A stretch of DNA of 64,000 nt, from the NCBI GenBank assembly GCA_016784125.1, contig JADHVI010000001.1:78417-142416 (forward strand), written 5' to 3'. The translations under genes and the position numbers were made by a program. This DNA is from Candidatus Woesearchaeota archaeon (GTDB lineage Archaea; Nanobdellota; Nanobdellia; Woesearchaeales; GCA-2686295). Below are positions 18,870-28,389 of this stretch, piece by piece (position 1 is the first letter of the stretch; each line of letters opens with the position of its first letter). The notes under the pieces were generated by a model, which made no database searches, had not been told where the DNA came from, and was given only the letters and a program-made list of their open reading frames with translations.

Positions 18870-19115
18870 CTAAGGTGTGAATGTGTCAAATATGCTTCTG
18901 TGAGAAGTTTGCTTATTCTTTTGAATATATCTTTGCAAGTCCTTTAGTCCTAGATAAGTTCCATCTTCAAGCTCCACAGTTATTCCTTTTTTATCGAAAT
19001 AAACTCTCTTTGTAGCTTGCATCTCTAGCTTAATTCCTACGGAGTCATAATCCAGTCCTACTGCTCTAAGATCCTTCCTGTTCACAGTATGTTTTAGCAT
19101 GTTGTCGATGCTCAT
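18870..19115 (-). CDS. Hypothetical protein
   Basis: Strong Shine-Dalgarno GGAGGTGA before ATG 19115 (MSIDNM...). Confidence 0.55.
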   Translation of the reverse strand: MSIDNMLKHTVNRKDLRAVGLDYDSVGIKLEMQATKRVYFDKKGITVELEDGTYLGLKDLQRYIQKNKQTSHRSIFDTFTP

Positions 19116-19320
19116 ATTTATCACCTCCACTCTTGTTTACTGAGTACGTTCGTCTTCGAATATCGTAGAGATCAAAGTTTTCAGAAATCAAATTAAGAGA
19201 AACAAGTTTTTTTATGCTATTTCTAACAGTTCTTTCAGAAAGATTTGTTAATTTAATAAGTTTTTTTTGATGAATATAGTTATGATTAAGAATGGTTTGA
19301 AAGACAAGGAAAACAACCAC
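19066..19320 (-). CDS. Small winged-HTH protein (possibly N-terminally decayed)
   Basis: QKKLIKLTNLSERTVRNSIKKLVSLNLISE..DIRRRTY is a MarR/ArsR-like wHTH; the start is uncertain. Confidence 0.55.
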   Translation of the reverse strand: MVVFLVFQTILNHNYIHQKKLIKLTNLSERTVRNSIKKLVSLNLISENFDLYDIRRRTYSVNKSGGDKYEHRQHAKTYCEQEGS

Positions 19321-19445
19321 CTTTTAGAGAATTATCTAGTTTAAACTGGTTAACAAGGAATACATTCAGAAACACCCTGGTTTCTGTTTTCAAACTTGTT
19401 TGTTGTTTTCATAGTGATTAGAATAATTATTTTATTTAAATAATT

Positions 19446-20459
19446 TTAGATACCGGCAATGATCTCAAAGTCTAAACAAACTCTAAACTTACCAGGGCCG
19501 TATTGTCCACATTTGACAAATTTTAGAATTTTGTATTTCACATCTGCCTTTTTACATGCAGCTCTAACTTTCTCTTTTGTTTCGTCGAACTCATTTTCAT
19601 GTTCAAAGTCATAGAAATGTATGATTGTGCCTTTTTTTGCTAGCATGAATGCTTCTGGCAGAAAATCCTCTGCGCTCTTAGGCAATGGCATTGCTATTCT
19701 ATCAAATTTTTCTTTTATTTTCTTAGCTTCTTTTTTCACATCGCCCTCTATAAGTTTAATGTTATTTAATTTATTCAACTTGACATTTTCAACAGCATAT
19801 TTGTTTGCTTCTGGATTTAATTCAATTCCCCAAATTTCTTTAGCTTTGGAGTTTTTAGCAAAGATACATACATATGGAGCACATCCTGAAAACATCACCA
19901 TCACTTTTTCTCCAGGCTTTATTTGTTTAATAATCCTTTTTCTCTCAGTAGCCAATCTTGCGGAGAAGAATACTTTTTCAACATTCAGTTTAATGTTGAC
20001 GTTGCTCTCTCTATGAATGGTTTCTTTTGTTTTCTCACCAGCCAACCATTCCAATTTTTGAGTTCTAAATACTCCTCCATGTTCGCCAGCTTTCTTCAAA
20101 ACTGTTTTGATGGTCTTGTTTTTTTCTAACAAAGCTTTGGCTATAGTCTTTTCTTTTTTTTCTAGCTCATCAGGAATTTCAAGTATTGCTATGCTTCCTA
20201 CAACGTCGTGAGCAGTTTTCAATAATTTTAGTTCTTTTTTATCTAGCTTTTTGTTAAGAAAATCTTTCCAGTTCTCTTTAATCTCTTTTTTTGGAAACTT
20301 GTATTCAAGGGGTTTATATTTTTTAACTTCTTTATTTATAGGGTAGATTAAATGCTCTTTTTCTTTTATAATTTCATGATTAAAATCTAATGCGCCTTTA
20401 TTTAGCAAGAACTCTTTGGCTTTCTCAGCTTCTCTTAGAGGTACTTTTACTCCTTTCAT
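19446..20459 (-). CDS. trm5: Trm5/Met-10+ family tRNA methyltransferase
   Basis: DVVGSIAI, KVFFSARLATERKR, MFSGCAPY, IELNPEA, DRIAMPLP. Confidence 0.85.
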   Translation of the reverse strand: MKGVKVPLREAEKAKEFLLNKGALDFNHEIIKEKEHLIYPINKEVKKYKPLEYKFPKKEIKENWKDFLNKKLDKKELKLLKTAHDVVGSIAILEIPDELEKKEKTIAKALLEKNKTIKTVLKKAGEHGGVFRTQKLEWLAGEKTKETIHRESNVNIKLNVEKVFFSARLATERKRIIKQIKPGEKVMVMFSGCAPYVCIFAKNSKAKEIWGIELNPEANKYAVENVKLNKLNNIKLIEGDVKKEAKKIKEKFDRIAMPLPKSAEDFLPEAFMLAKKGTIIHFYDFEHENEFDETKEKVRAACKKADVKYKILKFVKCGQYGPGKFRVCLDFEIIAGI

Positions 20460-20492
20460 AAGAATAAAGATGTAGAGCTATTTTTTAAAGTT

Positions 20493-21371
20493 TTATAATA
20501 ATATGAATACCGCACCCCATATCATGATGATGCAGGCAAGAACTTTTATCAATAAATTTTTCTCATGAAAAAGACTGCCTCCAAAGATGGTGGTAAATAG
20601 TGTGGACATCCTTTTAATTGGTATAACTAACGATATTGATGCACCTGGAGCGGCCACCGCCAGCAGATAGAAAACGTGTCCAAAAAAGAGTAAAATAGAA
20701 TCTGGTAGAAGTAGTTTAAAGTCTTTTTTTAAATCGTTTTTTATCTCTGAGAATCCATGTTTATAACTTTCAATTATAATAAAATTAATAGATTTAAAAA
20801 TTGTGAATACAAATAAATAGGTTATAATACTTGCGTACTTATCAAGAATCATTTTATCAAGTACAGCAGTCATACTGAAAATCACTAATGCAATCAATAA
20901 GTGATGAACAATTTTAGATTTCACAAATCCTTTTATTGGTTCTATAAAACCTTTATTTGTAATACCTACTTCGAGGGAATATGCACCCACCACTAATAGA
21001 AATATGCCTATATATTGTTTTGAAGTTGGAATCTCATTAAGTACAAAAAAAGCAATTATGACCAAGAATAAAGGACTTATATTTGTTAATGGTGCAACAA
21101 CCGAGACTTCTCCGTGTCTAACGCTTTTCATGAAAAATAATAATCCCACACAAGCAATCAAAGAGATTAAATAAATTAGCAAGTATATTTTCCAAGATAT
21201 ACCAAAATTTACAAAAGGAATTAGGAACAAAGAGAACACACCTAGAAAAATACCTCTTGATGCGGTGAACTCAAGCGCATGCTCATGATTAAGTATTTTT
21301 TTATTAAAAATTCCAACTATTCCAACGAATATCGCAGATAATAGTGCATAAACATACCAATCCAATTCCAT
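20493..21371 (-). CDS. EamA/DMT family transporter
   Basis: About 10 TM helices in two repeats; GEVSVVAPL, LFHEK. Confidence 0.88.
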   Translation of the reverse strand: MELDWYVYALLSAIFVGIVGIFNKKILNHEHALEFTASRGIFLGVFSLFLIPFVNFGISWKIYLLIYLISLIACVGLLFFMKSVRHGEVSVVAPLTNISPLFLVIIAFFVLNEIPTSKQYIGIFLLVVGAYSLEVGITNKGFIEPIKGFVKSKIVHHLLIALVIFSMTAVLDKMILDKYASIITYLFVFTIFKSINFIIIESYKHGFSEIKNDLKKDFKLLLPDSILLFFGHVFYLLAVAAPGASISLVIPIKRMSTLFTTIFGGSLFHEKNLLIKVLACIIMIWGAVFILL

Positions 21372-21379
21372 TCACCTCT

Positions 21380-22414
21380 TTAAAAAAAATCGCTTAATCC
21401 TTTCTGATCCTTTGCAGGTTTTCCTTTCATTAATTTTTCAATTGTTTTCTCAACTCTTTCCCTATTAAAGTCGTGTTCTTCAACCAACACTCTTATAATT
21501 TCATCTCTGTTGATAGGATCCCACTTTAATTCATAGTCATTATGTACGGGCATGTTTTTTATTAAATCAAAAACTAGTTTCCATTCAAAGTCAAAATTAT
21601 CGTTCCATCCAACTTCTTCAAATATTTTATCAAAATTATCACCATAAGTCTTTACTAGGTTTAATGCTTTCTTAGGCCCTATACCTTTAACACCGCCAAT
21701 ATTATAATCCGTTCCTGCTAGCATGGCAATTACAATTAGTTGTTCTCTGGTCACACCCAGGTGATTCAGATTATCAGCCAAAGATATTATTTCTGGATTA
21801 ACTGTTTTGTATGTTAGTTTGTTGATTGCTTTTCTTTTTCTACTAAGTGTTAAGTTCTTCACAACTCTGCAAGCACCAAATATTAATGAATCACTATCTT
21901 GACTGACTATGGCATAACAGTCACCTTCATCTACCATGTATGATGCTTGGGCTTCACCTTCGCTTGGTGCCTGTACAATTGGCATTCCCAAAGCCCTAAT
22001 CAACTCTTTAGATTCCTCAATGATTTCAGACGTTAGTACCGATGTTCTTGAAGCGTATTTCTTCATATCTTTGACATCTTCTCGGTCTTTTGCGTCTTCA
22101 TATAATTTGTTTGCTTCAAGTTTTATTCCTCTTCTCCTTTCTCTTTCAGCTTTTTTTAATTCAGGCGTCTCTCCATCAAAGACAAACACAAAGCTTACAC
22201 CTTCAATCATTAGCTTAGTTATTCTACTGAACAAACCCGTTAAATGACTTGTTACTCGCCCTTTTGAATCCATCAATGGAGTCCCATCTGGTTGTCTAAT
22301 GCTTGAAAGGAATTGATATAGCATGTTGAAAGAATCAACAGCCAAAATTTTCCCATCTAAATCGCTAATGGTTATTTCTTTTGTTATTAGAATATCAGTT
22401 ATTGGCGTGCCCAT
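21380..22414 (-). CDS. fen: Flap endonuclease 1
   Basis: LYQFLSSIRQPDGTPL, APSEGEAQA, GTDYN..GIGPKKA, PIP box QKGLSDFF. Confidence 0.97.
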   Translation of the reverse strand: MGTPITDILITKEITISDLDGKILAVDSFNMLYQFLSSIRQPDGTPLMDSKGRVTSHLTGLFSRITKLMIEGVSFVFVFDGETPELKKAERERRRGIKLEANKLYEDAKDREDVKDMKKYASRTSVLTSEIIEESKELIRALGMPIVQAPSEGEAQASYMVDEGDCYAIVSQDSDSLIFGACRVVKNLTLSRKRKAINKLTYKTVNPEIISLADNLNHLGVTREQLIVIAMLAGTDYNIGGVKGIGPKKALNLVKTYGDNFDKIFEEVGWNDNFDFEWKLVFDLIKNMPVHNDYELKWDPINRDEIIRVLVEEHDFNRERVEKTIEKLMKGKPAKDQKGLSDFF

Positions 22415-22415
22415 T

Positions 22416-23291
22416 TTATATCTTTTTTAGAATCATTCCTTTATATTCTCTTCCGAGCATGTCTTCTGCTTTCTTGGTGACATCTCCACTAGTTATGAAA
22501 ATAACTGGCAGTTTCAACAGCTGTCCTTTTAGAAATGCCGAACTCAAATCTCCATCATTACATTTTTTCTTGCTCTTGGCTTTACAAAAATAATCCATTT
22601 TTCCAACTGCACTAGGAATAACTATTTGAAGTTCTAAGTCAGAATCTTTTCTGATAACTTCTTCCTTAGTAATTTCGATTTTCTTTTCCTCAAAAAAATC
22701 ATATAATGCTTTTGTGAAATCTCCTTTTGGAACTTCCTTTCTTGAAATCTCTTTTTTTAATATTTCTTGTTTCTCTTCACGCATTTCTTCTCTTACATTC
22801 TCTTTAGGTGGTTCGGGTTTTCTCTCTTCTCTTTGTGGCTCGTTTGTCACACTTTTGAATTGTTTTTGAATAAGTCCCTCAACTTCGTTGGCAGGAGTTA
22901 AATACCATTTCCAGAATATCTCCTTTTCACCCTTTACATTTACTTCTACTGGTTTGGCAAAGTCCTTGATGTTTCGAATACTAACTCTAATAAGCATTTC
23001 CTGAGTTTTATCTCTTAAGACTTTTCTTTCTTTCAATAATTCAAATGTTCGTCCATCTTTTTCATTCAAATATTTCTTTAGATTTTCAAGTTTGTATTCT
23101 TGACCAGGAGCATAATATGTTGGTGATCCACCAATTTTAGTATTGGAAACTTTTACAAGTCCACTAGAAGTTAATTCAGAAAGAAGAGCACTTATCAAAT
23201 AAGTTTCGCCTCCAAGAATCTTCTTAATCTGATTGGGAATTATGGGTCCTTTCTCTTTTACAAGTCTTAGAATCTCGTCTTTATCAGCCAT
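22416..23291 (-). CDS. Hypothetical: N-terminal wHTH, charged linker, C-terminal restriction-endonuclease-like domain
   Basis: ILRLVKEKGPIIP..ALLSELTSSGLV (wHTH); DLEL...YFCKAKSKKK..DGDL. Confidence 0.65.
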   Translation of the reverse strand: MADKDEILRLVKEKGPIIPNQIKKILGGETYLISALLSELTSSGLVKVSNTKIGGSPTYYAPGQEYKLENLKKYLNEKDGRTFELLKERKVLRDKTQEMLIRVSIRNIKDFAKPVEVNVKGEKEIFWKWYLTPANEVEGLIQKQFKSVTNEPQREERKPEPPKENVREEMREEKQEILKKEISRKEVPKGDFTKALYDFFEEKKIEITKEEVIRKDSDLELQIVIPSAVGKMDYFCKAKSKKKCNDGDLSSAFLKGQLLKLPVIFITSGDVTKKAEDMLGREYKGMILKKI

Positions 23292-23329
23292 TGATTTCAC
23301 TAAGAAGAAGTAGTTTTAATAAGTTTCGC

Positions 23330-23950
23330 TTAGGGTCGTAACCATTTAATTTCCCAATAGGTTACATCTCCCTCATCATCAACTACACCCATTAGTAATC
23401 TTTTCTTTGTTGAATGTGCAACTCTGTTCTTGGCCGCAAATTCATACCAAGTTAGTGTACTTCCTTCATGCACGGGATAAACAATCCATCTAGCATGATC
23501 CTCACCTGGTTTTATTCCTCTATCATAAACCCTGAAATCAGCTCCAAATTTTAATGCTGTTTTAACAACATATCCTCTTGATCGCATATCTTTGTAAACC
23601 GAGTATCTAATCCAGAAATTTGGTTCAATTTTAGATGCTCTTTTTATGAATCTTTCAAATGTGAGTGCTTTATTTCTTGTATCAAGGGTTGCTATTTTAT
23701 CTTTTTCCATCAAGAATAATGCTTCTTGTAATGATAATTGTAATTTTTTATCTTCTAAAAGAGTTCCAAAGACTCCCTTGTTATAAAGTTCGTTTGTTTC
23801 ATCACAACTTTCTAGAATAACTCTTTCATGAGCAAACAAAGCTTTGAGGGGATCTTTCAACTTTTTAGTTAATGGTTCTTTTTTCTCTTTAGTTGCTTTT
23901 TTCTTCACAGGCTTCTTCTTAGTTTCCTTCTTCGCAGGCATTTTCTTCAT
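23330..23950 (-). CDS. endA: tRNA-intron (splicing) endonuclease
   Basis: LSLQEALFL, VYKDMRSRGYVVKTALKFGADFRVY, EDHA, RVAHSTKK; catalytic Y/H/K present. Confidence 0.95.
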   Translation of the reverse strand: MKKMPAKKETKKKPVKKKATKEKKEPLTKKLKDPLKALFAHERVILESCDETNELYNKGVFGTLLEDKKLQLSLQEALFLMEKDKIATLDTRNKALTFERFIKRASKIEPNFWIRYSVYKDMRSRGYVVKTALKFGADFRVYDRGIKPGEDHARWIVYPVHEGSTLTWYEFAAKNRVAHSTKKRLLMGVVDDEGDVTYWEIKWLRP

Positions 23951-24013
23951 AAACTATAGTCGATTTATATATTTTTGCAAAACCGTTATAAATATTAGAT
24001 TTTTAGTAAGAAT

Positions 24014-24916
24014 ATGCAATTGACTTTTTTAGGAACTTCCTGTATGGTTCCAACAAAGGAGAGAAATGTCCAAGGAATTTATTTATCTTACAAAGCTGAA
24101 GGTATATTGATTGATTGTGGAGAGGGAACTCAAAGGCAAATGAACCTTGCAGGCATTAACAGAAACAAGGTTAATATTATTCTTGTAACTCATTGGCACG
24201 GAGATCATGTTGGGGGTATAATTGGTTTACTGCAAACTATTTCAAACAAGGAAACACCTCCAAAGATAGAGATTTATGGTCCTCTGGGAACAAAGAAACG
24301 AGTTCAGAATTTACTTGACTCAGTGGTATTTGATGGTAACAACTTAGATTTGAAGGTGTTTGAACTTAATCCAAAGAAAGTTGAAGTCTTTAAGGATAAG
24401 AGTGATTATTATATTCAATGTGCGCCCATGGATCACACAACTCCTTGTATAGCCTATTCTTTTGTAGAAAAGGATATTAGGAAAATTAACATGATCAAAG
24501 CCAAAAAATTAGGTTTGAAAGAAGGGCCTGATTTAGGAAAACTTCAAAATGGCAAACAAATAATCGTTAACGGGAAAAAAGTTGTTATTGATGAAATATC
24601 TTCTGTCAAGAAAGGTAGAAAACTAACGTTTATTTTTGATACTTTACCAAATCAAATCTGCTTTGATCTCGCAAATAAATCTGATCTCTTGGTAACAGAA
24701 GCAGTTTATTTATCTGATATGAAAGACCACTCTGAGAAATATAAACACATGACTACTCAGGATGCTGGTTTGATCGCGAATAAAGCAGATGTAGCTAAGC
24801 TAATCATAACACACTTTTCACAACGGTACAAAACAGTTGAAGTTTTAGAAGACGAAATTAAAACTTATTTTGCAAATTCTTCTTGTGCATATGACTTCAT
24901 GAAACTTAAAATTTGA
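24014..24916 (+). CDS. rnz: Ribonuclease Z
   Basis: FLGTS..PTKERN, DCGEGTQRQ, THWHGDH, exosite GP motif, THFSQRY. Confidence 0.95.
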   Translation: MQLTFLGTSCMVPTKERNVQGIYLSYKAEGILIDCGEGTQRQMNLAGINRNKVNIILVTHWHGDHVGGIIGLLQTISNKETPPKIEIYGPLGTKKRVQNLLDSVVFDGNNLDLKVFELNPKKVEVFKDKSDYYIQCAPMDHTTPCIAYSFVEKDIRKINMIKAKKLGLKEGPDLGKLQNGKQIIVNGKKVVIDEISSVKKGRKLTFIFDTLPNQICFDLANKSDLLVTEAVYLSDMKDHSEKYKHMTTQDAGLIANKADVAKLIITHFSQRYKTVEVLEDEIKTYFANSSCAYDFMKLKI

Positions 24917-25126
24917 TTATCTCGTTGCCAACTTTATGTCTTCTGCCTTAATTGTTTTTCTTCCTGCATGCATGGAAAGTTTGATTGCAGATTCACTGAT
25001 TTCTTGTCCAAACTCTTCTAAGACATCTCTCAAAGCCTCTTTAGCATCTTCCGACACCCTTTCAGCCCCGGATCTCTTCATAAGCCTTTCCATGGCCGCT
25101 AAAGGAATTATTTTCTTAATAGTCAT
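24917..25126 (-). CDS. Archaeal histone (HMf-type)
   Basis: IPLAAMERLMKRSGAERVSEDAK...HAGRKTIKAEDIKLA; GGTGA Shine-Dalgarno before ATG 25126. Confidence 0.93.
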   Translation of the reverse strand: MTIKKIIPLAAMERLMKRSGAERVSEDAKEALRDVLEEFGQEISESAIKLSMHAGRKTIKAEDIKLATR

Positions 25127-25213
25127 TAAATTCACCTTCTTTTAAGCAGAAAAGCTATTTTATATGTTTATTGGTTTGAAAAACTATTTATAATACCATT
25201 TCAATCTTTTACC

Positions 25214-25609
25214 ATGGTAATTTCTCATGCGAGGCGAAAAAGTAAAGGTAGTGCTGCAGAAAGAGCTTTGATGCATATGTTCTGGGCCAATGGCTGGGCT
25301 TGTATAAGGGCTGCAGGTTCTGGCTCAACACAGTTTCCTTGCCCAGATTTGCTTGTTGGCAACAGTTCTAGAAGGTTGGCATTAGAAGTTAAAGCAACCA
25401 AAGACAAAAAAAAATATTTTACTAAAGAAGAAATTCACAACTTGAAATATTTTGCAGACAAGTTTGGTGCCGAAGCAATGGTTGTTATTAAATTTGACAG
25501 AAAGGATTTCTTCTTTCTTAATATTGATGATTTAGCTGTAACTCATGCTTCTTTTGTTGGTAGTCTAGAATTAGCTGAGACAAAAGGATTATTGTTAAGT
25601 CAATTATAA
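25214..25609 (+). CDS. hjc: Holliday junction resolvase
   Basis: KGSAAERAL, RAAGSG, PDLLVG, LEVKAT. Confidence 0.92.
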   Translation: MVISHARRKSKGSAAERALMHMFWANGWACIRAAGSGSTQFPCPDLLVGNSSRRLALEVKATKDKKKYFTKEEIHNLKYFADKFGAEAMVVIKFDRKDFFFLNIDDLAVTHASFVGSLELAETKGLLLSQL

Positions 25610-26233
25610 TTGTTTTAGCATCTTAATATCTGGTTTAAATGTATATGCAATATTCTCATCAAAGTATCCACACATGAACTTGTTGAGTGGAATGCCTGTT
25701 CTTTTGCTCATCATTAAAGCGTAGAAGAATACTTGTGTTGAGGCATACTTTTCACACTTTGCTTTTGGTTTATAGTCCCAAATCCAAACTTTTTTGTCAT
25801 TCTCAACTCGAAGTAAGTCTATGTGACCTGATAATGGCTCTGTTGTTCCACCAAATAGTTTATTAAAATCTTTTATTTCATTACTATGCATCCAGATGGG
25901 TGTTTCCACACTTATAGAATTATTATCAAATTGTAACATGAACATTTGGACTTTTGAATGTCCAGTTTTGTACTGTTCCATATTTTGTAATCCTTGTAAT
26001 GCTAATCTGCTAACTTCGTGATTTAAATCTTCTTTGAGTTTCACAGACAGAGAAAATCTTAACGCGCTAGATCTTGGTCCTGTTACAAAATGTTCATCAG
26101 GACATTTATTCATTGTTTCTTCAAGAAAACTTTTCAATTTAGAATATCCATTATTGCAGAGAATATTTGTTTTATCAGAATGGATTCTGTAATGATAGTA
26201 CCATCCATGGGCTAGAGACACATGTTTTATCAT
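25604..26233 (-). CDS. PD-(D/E)xK nuclease-family protein
   Basis: VETPIW, GHIDLL, WDYKP, QVFFYA (RecB-like motifs). Confidence 0.75.
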   Translation of the reverse strand: MIKHVSLAHGWYYHYRIHSDKTNILCNNGYSKLKSFLEETMNKCPDEHFVTGPRSSALRFSLSVKLKEDLNHEVSRLALQGLQNMEQYKTGHSKVQMFMLQFDNNSISVETPIWMHSNEIKDFNKLFGGTTEPLSGHIDLLRVENDKKVWIWDYKPKAKCEKYASTQVFFYALMMSKRTGIPLNKFMCGYFDENIAYTFKPDIKMLKQL

Positions 26234-26248
26234 GAATATAAACAAAAA

Positions 26249-26464
26249 TTATTTCTTTCGCGATTTAAGTTGTTTTTGGATGTTTCTTTCCACAGCTTCA
26301 ATCTTGTACTCTTCCTTAACGATTTGGCCAGCCATCTTTTCGATGTTGATATCCATTCTGGCGATTCTTCTTTCCATTAGAACAAGCACTCTTAAACTGT
26401 AGACTATCGCGGCTAAAGTACCAATGATTATGGCCAGTATAACGCTTTCAAGTCCTGCATTCAT
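26249..26464 (-). CDS. Small single-TM coiled-coil hypothetical protein
   Basis: GAGGTGA Shine-Dalgarno; LESVILAIIIGTLAAIVYSLRVL then a coiled coil. Confidence 0.7.
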   Translation of the reverse strand: MNAGLESVILAIIIGTLAAIVYSLRVLVLMERRIARMDINIEKMAGQIVKEEYKIEAVERNIQKQLKSRKK

Positions 26465-26606
26465 ATTATTTCTCACCTCTCAGCTTATATTCTTAAAATA
26501 CTGTTATGAGTATATATATTTTTCTATATCTTTTTACTTTCACTAAACGAAAGTTATATAAATCAGTTTGTTTTAAAACTTCTATAACTTTTGGAAGGTG
26601 GTACTA

Positions 26607-26873
26607 ATGATTAAAATGAAAAAAATCACGGAAACTTTTGACATGAGAGTTTTCACTGATAGCGGAGATTACTTCGGTGATATTGAAGAGGCCATACTTA
26701 CCAGTAATAAGGTATTTGGTTGGAGAGTTAAAGCCACTAAAAATTCTTTCTTAAATAAGGTTCTCGGTGCTGCAAAAGGAGTTATTGTTCCACACCAACT
26801 CGTTAAGAGCATGGGTGACATAATGATTATCAGCAAATCGGCAGTTCCTTCTTATAATCCCGAGGAGGATTAG
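26607..26873 (+). CDS. PRC-barrel protein (second CdpB-like paralog)
   Basis: VFTDSGDYFGDIEEAIL...VIVPHQLVKSMGDIMII. Confidence 0.85.
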   Translation: MIKMKKITETFDMRVFTDSGDYFGDIEEAILTSNKVFGWRVKATKNSFLNKVLGAAKGVIVPHQLVKSMGDIMIISKSAVPSYNPEED

Positions 26874-26916
26874 ACGATTAGAAACCTTTTAAAAGAATTT
26901 TTTATTATTTATATTT

Positions 26917-28389
26917 ATGAAGAGATCAGTCGCCGGAATTTTATTGTTAATAGTATTTCTAATAACTTTTCTATCTAGAGCTGGAATCTCTATGCAAACA
27001 GACATTTTTTCTTATGAGGCATATTTTGAACTAAGACAAATTGAGAACATTAATGAAAATGGTTCGCCTCTTTTTGAAGATCCACTAAGCTATGGTGGCA
27101 GAAGTCATCTTTTCCCCCCAATATTTTATTATTTGATTGCACTATTCGGATTTTTAGGTACTTCGCTCGCAGCCAAGTTGATTCCTAATCTCTTGTCATC
27201 ATTCATCATCGTAACGGTTTATCTGATGTCGTTTCATATAACTAAAAATAGACTCATATCTATTATTACTGCTTTCTTTTCAGGGTTCATACCTATTTTC
27301 TTTGTAACAGTGAATGACATATCTGTTTATTCACTTGTAATACTATTGATGGTTTCAATCACTTATTTCATGATGAAAATTAATAATCGTTTTCATCTTA
27401 ATATGGCAATATTGTTTATGATTGTGCTGATATTATCTCATTCATCGGCTTTCTTACTCATACTCGGACTTCTATTGTATCTCCTTTTGTTGAGAGTTGA
27501 ATCTTTGGAAGTAAATAAAAGAGAGCTCGAATTAATTCTCTTCGCGAGCTTTTTTGTTATATGGTTTAATTTTTTATTATATAAAAACGCGTTCCTTGTT
27601 CATGGTCCTTTGATTTTTTGGCAAAATATTCCTCTTCAAATATTAACTAATTTCTTTTTCGAATTAAACTTAATTCAAGTTATATACTATATAGGCATAA
27701 TACCTGTTGTTTTAGGTATATATGCTATCTACTATGTCTTGTTCAAGGAAAAGAAAAGAAGTGTTTTTCTTTTGGTGAGCATGGCTTTAATAGTTCTATT
27801 ATTGTTGTGGCTAAAAACCATCCCCTTTGAAGTCGGCCTCATCTTCTTAAGCATAGTTTTGACAGTATTGTCTGGCTATTCCATGAAATTAATATATTCA
27901 TATTTTAAGAAAACAAAATTTTCCAGGTCTGGCAAATGGGTTTTGCTTGGAATATTTATACTGTTTTGTTTATCATCAGTTATTCCTAGTGTCAATTTGG
28001 CTTTGAATTCTGTTGAAAGTGTACCTAGTGATTATGAACTTGAAGCTTTGGATTGGTTGCTTAACAACACAGACAATTCTTCAATCATCCTGGCTCGCGT
28101 TGAAGAAGGTTATATGATTAATCATTTTGCCAAAAGAAAAACAGTCATAGATGAAGATTTTCTGTTGATAACTGATGCTCAACAAAGATATGAAGATGTT
28201 CAATCTGTTTTTTCTTTGCATTTAAAAACCGAAGCGTTGAGACGATTAATGAAGTATGACGTTGATTATATCTATTTTTCCGGGAAGTTTGGTGATGAAG
28301 AAAAATTGCATTATGTTGATGAAGATTGTTTTGACATGGTTTTTAATAAATCCGTTAAGATATACAAAGTTGGGTGTACTATACAATGA
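26917..28389 (+). CDS. GT-C fold/STT3-like membrane glycosyltransferase
   Basis: EAYFELRQIENI..DPLSYGGR..FPPIFYY; more than 10 TMs; C-terminal ALDWLLNNT..ILARVEEGYMI. Confidence 0.65.
   Translation: MKRSVAGILLLIVFLITFLSRAGISMQTDIFSYEAYFELRQIENINENGSPLFEDPLSYGGRSHLFPPIFYYLIALFGFLGTSLAAKLIPNLLSSFIIVTVYLMSFHITKNRLISIITAFFSGFIPIFFVTVNDISVYSLVILLMVSITYFMMKINNRFHLNMAILFMIVLILSHSSAFLLILGLLLYLLLLRVESLEVNKRELELILFASFFVIWFNFLLYKNAFLVHGPLIFWQNIPLQILTNFFFELNLIQVIYYIGIIPVVLGIYAIYYVLFKEKKRSVFLLVSMALIVLLLLWLKTIPFEVGLIFLSIVLTVLSGYSMKLIYSYFKKTKFSRSGKWVLLGIFILFCLSSVIPSVNLALNSVESVPSDYELEALDWLLNNTDNSSIILARVEEGYMINHFAKRKTVIDEDFLLITDAQQRYEDVQSVFSLHLKTEALRRLMKYDVDYIYFSGKFGDEEKLHYVDEDCFDMVFNKSVKIYKVGCTIQ

Noticed and set aside
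23880..23950. Lys-rich low-complexity N-terminus of EndA as a repeat element
   Set aside because: It is a simple basic tail with no nucleotide-level periodicity.
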